Source: an uncultured Planctomycetia bacterium
GTDB taxonomy: Bacteria; Planctomycetota; MHYJ01; WSZJ01
DNA: 64,000 nucleotides
Assembly (NCBI GenBank): GCA_963706735.1
Contig: CAVPNQ010000116.1
Coordinates: 2,704 to 66,703, forward strand
Direction of reading: 5' to 3'
Part shown: in pieces, positions 44,701 to 51,176 of the stretch
Layout of the letters: the number at the start of each line of letters is the position of its first letter
Numbering within the stretch: position 1 is the first letter of the stretch
Position numbers and translations under genes: made by a program
Notes under the pieces: model-generated
What the model saw: only the letters and a program-made list of their open reading frames with translations
Databases searched by the model: none
Told to the model about the DNA's origin: nothing

Positions 44701-45064
44701 GGCTGTGGCAGCGGGGGGCGAGGTGACGATCGGGACGGTGACGTGCACGCATTACCACCCGTTCCACGTTCACCTGTACGGGCACGACGGTTCGGCGCCG
44801 ACGACGTCGTTCGGGCACATCACGCCGTCGATCCGGACGAAGACGGGCGGAAGCTACCTGGACTCTTACTACTACGACGGGTGTGCGGGGCTGCCGGTGA
44901 AGACGGCGGTGAAGGCGGGGACGGAGGTGTACTACATGGGGTGGTTCGAGGTGGCGGCGATGGTGCCGGTGACGATGTCGCCGATCCTCGACGACCTGAC
45001 GGTGACGTACTTCGCGGAGCCGAAGGTGCTGTACCGGCACAGTTCGGTGGAAGTGCGCCGGTAA
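41747..45064 (+). CDS. giant GspK-like pseudopilin-type protein with a LamG-like domain (1105 aa), paralog 1
   Basis: N-terminus RGFVILVALGVLGILGLLAAAFATMSRVE. GspK-type motif PINVNTASREVLVAMLWGL. LamG-like motifs HTWHHIEFS...NAMLFVDG...IDNLVIHHW. His-rich C-terminus CTHYHPFHVHLYGHDG. Confidence 0.85.
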   Translation: MRISRRFNNRGFVILVALGVLGILGLLAAAFATMSRVEKSASSSYVDKVRARLLAESGVERALASIRARTQIQAWDDARNDWYYREMLNAPVGTLTYSPAAIAALGGYTPKRAYGTPPRRLEQVCDEAILSSAVTGLSFVDASRPWMSGGMPGTYELDGDTYAVKALDCASMLFVNDQNPQIKRLLNNLGSIMSLDAGLPTPFKLGDEIVAVAKLRNRPFAHKGEVLDLVFVPKLGAVEARARFDKVRDFITCHGWVDYTTMHFGPKPVGFAASAPPTPADIIDRGGVVTQFVPASGSATTAAKFGGNNQWKEPRAPINVNTASREVLVAMLWGLTAKFVDYDHASGHLVTRDITISQANAEAAADHIIAARFSFGTPAGAWSFNDWMHFRSEVIDTIPGLDRFQRALIHANGNPNTDIRKLNPDLLLVDPNPLTESVDLVRLDKSDITQKSTEWTFSSMGLFEIESLGRVTAGGKLLAEEKVTTVVKVFDALRFTTQEQFEKDRSWTNDDPAKTEGNLYSDGFPPVVSMPEYPYNNPKLIPSPRYKSASGDLAWASDYDGYLTLNGPANVMAGQTPTDFNTSAAKMCRKPHGGWPANCPSWAVLPNESGIDCKVSGVWGFNLGKLGPNQSHANVPSNTQKHVLPAPTNPEYTYASPNCEGVKVTNSPANSLSSDTEYSSAWGIAPKRPYQIQPGGALNAIATGFFEDGADIQPFGLYVNYLKRRRFHTIWGDELPTARFTVEFAYKPEVDHWEWGKGLAQTPAAKAANAGPVSKMHLWGLGAATHGTNYEQWVYVQGSRIFYDLYYGGQHYVMYADHDFRAHTWHHIEFSVIDGQSKTLADGSTVFVPPNAMLFVDGKPASGIVGAGEDVNTKLGKAVFDVKAMALPVPFIGVYPNNDWGVGPRMEIGSKLQNTMDGFGMSQPSTIGTIDNLVIHHWRSHESAFTPRNRFHSMSYYDGTTFKSGKGYKGEKAGVYKKRLAAVEAAVAAGGEVTIGTVTCTHYHPFHVHLYGHDGSAPTTSFGHITPSIRTKTGGSYLDSYYYDGCAGLPVKTAVKAGTEVYYMGWFEVAAMVPVTMSPILDDLTVTYFAEPKVLYRHSSVEVRR

Positions 45065-45083
45065 AGGAGCGAGGAAAAGCGGG

Positions 45084-45114
45084 TGGCCCGGCCTCTCGGC
45101 CGGGCCATTTTTTT
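45084..45114 (+). terminator. rho-independent terminator
   Basis: TGGCCCGGCC-TCTC-GGCCGGGCCA is followed by TTTTTTT. Confidence 0.8.
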
Positions 45115-45559
45115 GGTGAAACGGGGGTCCCGGGAGGCCACGGATTTGGGCTATTTTTCCCAATCCAGTGGTTCGAGGTCATGTTTTTCGATGGGGTAAC
45201 AGGTCACCCGGGAGTAACGAAATCCGGCGCTTCCTCAAAATGAAAGAATGTCATTTACGTTGCAACTACATTCCTATACATCACTTACAAACATTAAGAA
45301 AACTAACAATGGCCCCTGTTTTGCATTAGTTCGCCTCCATACATCCTGTCCCTATCCTCCTGATGGAGAAGCGCTGCAGGTAGTACCGAGGGCCTAGACC
45401 TCCCGCCAACTCGGAACCCCGCCCGAACGTGACCTGGCCAAAAACCCGTCACCTTCCGCTGGCTTCCGAAGCGAGACGTTCCGGTCATCCTGATCCCACC
45501 GGTGGGAATCAGGTCTACCCCTCAGACTGCAACCCACTTCTTTCTTTCAAGGAGGTCAC

Positions 45560-48500
45560 GTGCTCGATCGAAGCCTTGAACGCCAGCGTGGATTCGTCCT
45601 GCTGGTTGCTCTCGGCGTCCTCGGTGTTCTGGGCCTGCTCGCAGCGACGTTCGCGACCCTGTCGCGCGTCGAACGGGCGGTCTCGAACAGCTATGTAGAC
45701 AAGGTCCGCGCAAAGATGCTCGCCCAGTCGGGAGCGGAGCGTGCGATCGCGTCCATCCGGGGTCGCGCCATGGTCCAGGCCTGGGACGATGCCAGGAATG
45801 ACTGGTACTACCGCGAAATGCTGAACGCGGAAGTCGGCGGACTGGTCTACCCCGCCGCCGTCAAAGCCAGCATCTGGAAGTACACGCCCACCAGGTCCTA
45901 CGGCATGCCGCCGCGGTCCCTGGAAGCGTCGCTGGACGACGGCGTCGTGAACGGCGTCCCGAACGGCATCTCTTTCCCCCAGGCTGCCACGCCGTCCGCC
46001 AACGAGCCCTTCAGCGGACAGTTCCCCGGCACCTACGAGAGCCGCGGCGACGTGTACGCCCTCAAGGTCCTCGACTGCGCGTCGATGATCAACGTCAACG
46101 ACGGCAGCTCGCAGGTCGTCCGCATGCTGAACAACCTCGGTTCGATCCTCAAGTGCGCCGACGGCACGCTGGTCAGCGCCGGCGGGTTCAACCTCGGCAC
46201 CAAGATCCAGACCAAGGCGATCAGCCGCGGAAAGCCCTTCAACAACAAGTCCGAGATCCTCTCCGAGGTCTTCATCGCCGACCCGCTGTTCGCGGGGAAC
46301 GCCGCCGCGGCGCGCAGGCGCTTCGACGCGGTCCGCGATTTCATCACGTGCCATGGCTGGGTGGACGGCATGACGATGAAGTTCAACAACACGTGGACCG
46401 GCGCGACCGACTACACGGGCGGGAGCTACGCTTCGGCCTCGACCGGCGGCAGTGGCGGCGGCGGTGGTGGTGGCGGCGGCGGAACGGGCGACCCGACGGA
46501 CCCGAAGGATCCGATCGGCGGGACTGACCCGATCGATTACAAGATGGCCCCGGGTCTTCCCGAGTTCGCGACCAGCCCTCTCTACTCGATCCAGTCGATC
46601 ACCCCCGGCGTTTACGCTTCGATCCCGTCCACGCGCGTCCTGGCGGCCCCCGGGCCCCAGAAGGCGAAGGACGTGAAGAAGGGCGGCGCTTTCCGTCAGT
46701 TCGTCACGGGGCAGGGCACGAATGCGGCCCTTGGCGGCGAGACGGCGGCGGGCAAGTTCGGCGGCACCTACTACCAGGGTGAGCCCCGGACGCCGATCAA
46801 CATCAACACCTGCACGAAGGAAGTCCTCGTCGCGACGCTGATGGACCTGGAAGCCAGCTTCTGGGACTACGCAGTCGTGTCCGAGTCGGCCGTTCCGAAG
46901 GAGTACACGTCGTCGCTCGGCCTCGTCACCGTGAAAATCACGAAGGCGGAGGCGGAGAGCGTCGCGGACTTCCTCATCAGCGGCCGCTTCACGAACGGCT
47001 CCCCCTCGGGCGCCTGGTCCTACAACGACTGGATGCACTTCGAGGACGACGTCCTCCTGGCCATCCCGGGGATCACGCGCTTCCAGAAGGCCCTCATCAA
47101 GGCCAACGCGAACCCGAACTCGAACATCAAGAAGATGTGCCCGGACCTGATCCTTGTGACCTCGAATCCGTCGATCAACCCTGACGAGCTGGTCCGCATG
47201 GACAAGAGCGACATCAAGGTGAACTCGACGGACTGGACGTTCAGCTCGAACGGGATTTTCGAGATCGAGAGCATCGGCCGCGTGTACAACGCCGGGAAGA
47301 TCATGGCGGAAGAGAAGCTGGAGACGGTGGTGAAGGTGTTCGACCAGGTGGTGTACACGACGCAGGAGCAGCTCGAGGACGACCGGGTCTGGACGACCGA
47401 GGACTCGAAGGAAGGCGACCTGCTGGCGGGCGGGTATCCGCCGGTGATTTCGATGCCCGAGTACGTGTACAACTCCGCGGCGAGCGCGAGCCACTATCGC
47501 AGCCAGACGGGGGACGAGACGTGGTGCGCGGACTACGAGGGGTACCTGATCCTCAACGGTCCGGCGAACGTCCAGGCCGGACAGACCCCCGGCCCCGCGA
47601 AGGACGGTGCGGCCGGGTATGGTGAAGGCAACGTGGCGGAGGCCTGCTGGGGTTCGGATCCGTACAACCTGGCGAAGGTCAGGCCGAATACCGGCGTCCA
47701 TTCCTCGGCGCTGGTCGGCGACGGTCCGCCGGCCGGCCTGAAAGCATGCGCCGTGTCGTTCGTCGCAGGATTCAACATGGGCAGCCTGTACCCGAACCAG
47801 AGCCACCGGAACAAGTATCACGATCCGGCCCAGGGCGGGACCGGCACGCCGAGGCATCCCGAGTACTCCTACTCGATGCCCCACTGCTTCGCTGACGGCG
47901 CTTACATGTCCGCTTCGCCGGCGAATTCATTCACGCAGGACACGAACTACAGCAGCTCGGGCTACTCGCCCAAGGAGCCTTACCAGATCAAGCCCACGAT
48001 GAGTGGCGCCAACTTCTGGGACGGCGGCTGCGACCTCCAGAACTTCGGCGTCTACATGAACCAGACCCGCCGCAACCGCTTCCATACGTACTGGGCGGAC
48101 GAGGTTCCGGCGCCGAACTGCACGCTCGAAATGACGGTCAAGCCGGAAATCGACCTGTGGACGTGGGCCCCGAAGAGCAAGATGCACACGGTGGACAACG
48201 GATGGGCGACCTACACGATCATGCCCTGCAAGCGGCAGTTCCTGTTCGACTGGGGAACCGGCGGGACGAAGGGCATGAACTACACGATCCGCGGATATGC
48301 CGATCTCTCCCGGGTCTACCTCGAGTTCTACCACCACAGCACGGGCGCCTTCTACGTGCTCTGGCACGACAACGTCTGGAAACCCCACACCTGGCACCAC
48401 GTGGAGTTCTCCTGGTCCAGCGCCCAGGAAATCACGAACTCGGACGGCACCAAGACGGTCGTCCCGCCGAACGCCATGCTCTTCGTGGACGGTTCGACGA

Positions 48501-49252
48501 ACTCGGCCGGAACGTCGAGCATGGCCTTCACGCTCGGCACGCCTGAAGACGTCAACACCAAGCTCGGTCTCAACATCTACGGCGGCGCGGCCATCGTGCT
48601 TCCGGAGAACGTCTGCCCGGTCAATCCGAACAACGACACCGGCACGGGCCCGCGCCTCGACATCGGGGGCATCCTGGCCGACGACGGCTCGTTCGGAATG
48701 AGCTCGCCCCGCTGGCACGGCGTCATCGACAACATCGTGATGCACCACTGGCGCAGCCACAGCGCTTCCTTCACCCCCCGCAACCGCTACCACTCGATGA
48801 CGTACTACGACGGTTCGACCTGGAAGAGCGGCGAGGGGTACAAGAAGGAGAAGGCGGGCGTGTACAAGAAGCGCCTGACGTACCTGGAGGGTCTGGCCGC
48901 GACGAAGGACATCACGATCGGCACGGTGGGCTGCACGCACTACCACCCGTTCCACGTGCACCTGTACGGGCACGACGGAAGCGCGCCGACGACGTCCTTC
49001 GGGCACATCACGCCGAGCCTCCGGATCAAGACCGGCGGGTCGTACATCGACTCGTACTACTACGACGGTTGCGTCGGCGTGCCGGTGAAGACGCAGCTGA
49101 AGGCCGGGTCGGAAGCGTACTACCTGGGCTGGTTCGAGATTGCGGCGCTGGTGCCGGTGACGATGTCGCCGATCCTGTGCGACATCCGCATCACGTACTT
49201 TGAGGAGCCGCAGACCCTGTACCGCCTGTCGAGCTCGGAAGCCAAGAAGTAA
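45560..49252 (+). CDS. giant GspK-like pseudopilin-type protein with a LamG-like domain (1230 aa), paralog 2
   Basis: GGAGG lies 4 nt before the GTG at 45560. It is collinear with paralog 1 (RGFVLLVALGVLGVLGLLAATFATLSRVE, ININTCTKEVLVATLMDL, HTWHHVEFS, LFVDG, IDNIVMHHW, CTHYHPFHVHLYGHDG). Confidence 0.85.
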   Translation: MLDRSLERQRGFVLLVALGVLGVLGLLAATFATLSRVERAVSNSYVDKVRAKMLAQSGAERAIASIRGRAMVQAWDDARNDWYYREMLNAEVGGLVYPAAVKASIWKYTPTRSYGMPPRSLEASLDDGVVNGVPNGISFPQAATPSANEPFSGQFPGTYESRGDVYALKVLDCASMINVNDGSSQVVRMLNNLGSILKCADGTLVSAGGFNLGTKIQTKAISRGKPFNNKSEILSEVFIADPLFAGNAAAARRRFDAVRDFITCHGWVDGMTMKFNNTWTGATDYTGGSYASASTGGSGGGGGGGGGGTGDPTDPKDPIGGTDPIDYKMAPGLPEFATSPLYSIQSITPGVYASIPSTRVLAAPGPQKAKDVKKGGAFRQFVTGQGTNAALGGETAAGKFGGTYYQGEPRTPININTCTKEVLVATLMDLEASFWDYAVVSESAVPKEYTSSLGLVTVKITKAEAESVADFLISGRFTNGSPSGAWSYNDWMHFEDDVLLAIPGITRFQKALIKANANPNSNIKKMCPDLILVTSNPSINPDELVRMDKSDIKVNSTDWTFSSNGIFEIESIGRVYNAGKIMAEEKLETVVKVFDQVVYTTQEQLEDDRVWTTEDSKEGDLLAGGYPPVISMPEYVYNSAASASHYRSQTGDETWCADYEGYLILNGPANVQAGQTPGPAKDGAAGYGEGNVAEACWGSDPYNLAKVRPNTGVHSSALVGDGPPAGLKACAVSFVAGFNMGSLYPNQSHRNKYHDPAQGGTGTPRHPEYSYSMPHCFADGAYMSASPANSFTQDTNYSSSGYSPKEPYQIKPTMSGANFWDGGCDLQNFGVYMNQTRRNRFHTYWADEVPAPNCTLEMTVKPEIDLWTWAPKSKMHTVDNGWATYTIMPCKRQFLFDWGTGGTKGMNYTIRGYADLSRVYLEFYHHSTGAFYVLWHDNVWKPHTWHHVEFSWSSAQEITNSDGTKTVVPPNAMLFVDGSTNSAGTSSMAFTLGTPEDVNTKLGLNIYGGAAIVLPENVCPVNPNNDTGTGPRLDIGGILADDGSFGMSSPRWHGVIDNIVMHHWRSHSASFTPRNRYHSMTYYDGSTWKSGEGYKKEKAGVYKKRLTYLEGLAATKDITIGTVGCTHYHPFHVHLYGHDGSAPTTSFGHITPSLRIKTGGSYIDSYYYDGCVGVPVKTQLKAGSEAYYLGWFEIAALVPVTMSPILCDIRITYFEEPQTLYRLSSSEAKK

Positions 49253-49268
49253 CCTGCCGGAAGATCAG

Positions 49269-49306
49269 GGCCCCGGGGAGATGCGAATCTCCCCGGGGCT
49301 TTTTTG
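49269..49306 (+). terminator. rho-independent terminator
   Basis: GCCCCGGGGAGAT-GCGA-ATCTCCCCGGGGC is followed by TTTTTT. Confidence 0.8.
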
Positions 49307-49415
49307 TAGGCACGAGGGGGACGCAATCGGCCATTCGCACGACGCGGGAATCGGGACCGGTTGGCGAGACTCGCGAGGGACCAGACCGTTCGCAGTGGAT
49401 GTCGTTTTTCCCTCT

Positions 49416-49528
49416 GAGCGCGAAAGAAATCGCCGCGGTCCGGGCGGAGTCGGCCTTCAATCGAAAAGCCTTTGAACAGCGAAAACCTGGCCGACGTAGC
49501 CTGGACCGCGGTGATTTCTTTCGCGCTC
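49416..49528. repeat. 113-bp palindromic element (GAGCGCGAAAGAAATCGCCGCGG family)
   Basis: GAGCGCGAAAGAAATCGCCGCGGTCCGGGC pairs with GCCTGGACCGCGGTGATTTCTTTCGCGCTC. An inner GTCGGCC/GGCCGAC pair is also present. Confidence 0.8.
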
Positions 49529-49615
49529 ACTACCCTTCGACTCGCCCTTCGGGCTCGCTCAGGGTACGCCGGGCCGGGAACCGCCCCGGTCAGGGAGGAG
49601 GTTAGATCGGCCCGG

Positions 49616-50836
49616 CTACCAGAGGTTCGTCAGGGGGCGCTCGCCGAACTCGCGCTCGAGGGCGCGCGGGATGACCATGATCTTCAGGACCTCGTTGGCC
49701 CCTTCGCCGATGCGCCCCAGGAGGGCGTCGCGCAGGTGCCGCTCGATCCGCGAGTCGTGGACGTAGCCGTAGCCGCCCGAGAGCTCGATGGCGCGCTCGG
49801 CGACGTGCACCGAGGACTCCGTCGCCGCCACCTTGGCGATCGCCGCCTTCGCCGCGATGTCCGCGCCGCGCGTCTTCCACCACGCCGCCTGGTAGGTCAG
49901 CGTCCGCCCGGCATTGATGCCGATCTGCATCTCCGACATCTCGCGCCGCGTGTTGTCGAGGTCGATCAGCCGCTTCCCGAACAGCTCGCGCTCGTGGGCG
50001 TACTTCACGAACTTCTCGTAGGCGCCCTGCGCGATCCCGGTCGCCCAGGCGCCGATCGTGACGCGGCCGCCGTTGAGCATGTGCATCGCGTAGTTGAAGC
50101 CCTTGCCTTCCTCGCCGACGAGCTGGTCCTTGGGCACGCGATAGTCCGCGAAGACGAGCTCCGCCGTGTTCGACCCGCGCACGCCCATCTTCCCCTCGAT
50201 CTTGTGCTGCTCGAAAGTCCCCTTCCAGCCCTTCTCCACCGCAAACGCGCTCACCTTGCCGTCGGCGCCCTTGGCCATGATGAAGAACACGTCGGCGGTC
50301 ATGGCGTTGGTGATCCAGTACTTGCCGCCGTTGAGGATGTAGTCGCCGGTCGCGTTGTCGCGCGTCCACGAGCACTTGAGGGTGCGCGCGTCCGACCCCG
50401 AAGTCGTCTCCGTGAGGCCGAAGCAGCCCGTGAGGCGCCCGTGGGCGAGTTTCTCGACGTACTTGTCCTTGAGGCGGTCGCTGGCGAAGCGATAGAGGCC
50501 GTCGGTCGCGGTGCCGTGGATGGCGACGGCGAGGGCGAAGCCGGCGTCGGCCTTCGCGAGCGTCTCGATCCCGGCGGCGAGCCAGGAGAAGCAGGCGTTC
50601 ATGCCGTCGTACTTTTCGGAATACGGGAGCGCCATGAACCCGAGCTCGCCGAGCGCGCGGAAATTGTCCGCGGCGAAGGACTCCTCGGCGTCGTTGCGGG
50701 CCGCGCGCGGCGCCACTTTCTCGGCGGCGAAGTTCGCCAGGGGCCCCGAGAGGAATTCCAGCAGGTCCTTCCACGACGGGCTGGCGTGGTGAAGCACCTC
50801 GAGGGTGTCCTGCTGGTCGCGGGTGAAGAAGGGCAT
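49616..50836 (-). CDS. acyl-CoA dehydrogenase family protein
   Basis: GLTETTSGSDA, NGGKYWITN, MGVRGSNTAEL, GGYGY and GEGANEV are present. The start MPFFTRD is preceded by AAGGAA. Confidence 0.85.
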   Translation of the reverse strand: MPFFTRDQQDTLEVLHHASPSWKDLLEFLSGPLANFAAEKVAPRAARNDAEESFAADNFRALGELGFMALPYSEKYDGMNACFSWLAAGIETLAKADAGFALAVAIHGTATDGLYRFASDRLKDKYVEKLAHGRLTGCFGLTETTSGSDARTLKCSWTRDNATGDYILNGGKYWITNAMTADVFFIMAKGADGKVSAFAVEKGWKGTFEQHKIEGKMGVRGSNTAELVFADYRVPKDQLVGEEGKGFNYAMHMLNGGRVTIGAWATGIAQGAYEKFVKYAHERELFGKRLIDLDNTRREMSEMQIGINAGRTLTYQAAWWKTRGADIAAKAAIAKVAATESSVHVAERAIELSGGYGYVHDSRIERHLRDALLGRIGEGANEVLKIMVIPRALEREFGERPLTNLW

Positions 50837-50936
50837 GGTGGATTCCTTGGAGTTCTGAATGCTGTTGGTGGCGCCGTGGCGGACCACGATACCCCAATAG
50901 TGCGGAATCCGGCCATCGGGGAATACAATCCGGGGC

Positions 50937-51173
50937 ATGAAATACCTGAAGACTTCCCAGTTCGTGCCGATGAAGGGCGAGGCGTGGATGTACTACGAGT
51001 GCGAGGACGACCTGACGGTCAACCGGGTCGTGACGCACATCCCCATGACCGGGGAATCGACGCTGACGCCCGACCCCGTGATCCGGGTGCTGTTCCGCCC
51101 GGAGATGATGCTGCCGTCGGCCCAGGCGGAGTTCGACAAGTACTGGGCGATCGGGGAAAAGAAGCCGAAGTAG
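50937..51173 (+). CDS. small hypothetical protein (78 aa)
   Basis: The ORF is divergent from the acyl-CoA dehydrogenase gene. Its GC3-rich codon pattern is consistent with coding. No motif was recognised. Confidence 0.5.
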   Translation: MKYLKTSQFVPMKGEAWMYYECEDDLTVNRVVTHIPMTGESTLTPDPVIRVLFRPEMMLPSAQAEFDKYWAIGEKKPK

Positions 51174-51176
51174 CCG

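Noticed and set aside
41600-45163. An 1187-aa minus-strand ORF, together with 45515-47884 and 47927-49006 on the minus strand.
   Set aside because: These are mirror ORFs of the giant plus-strand genes. They have no start context, no motifs, and Arg/Val/Gly-rich composition.
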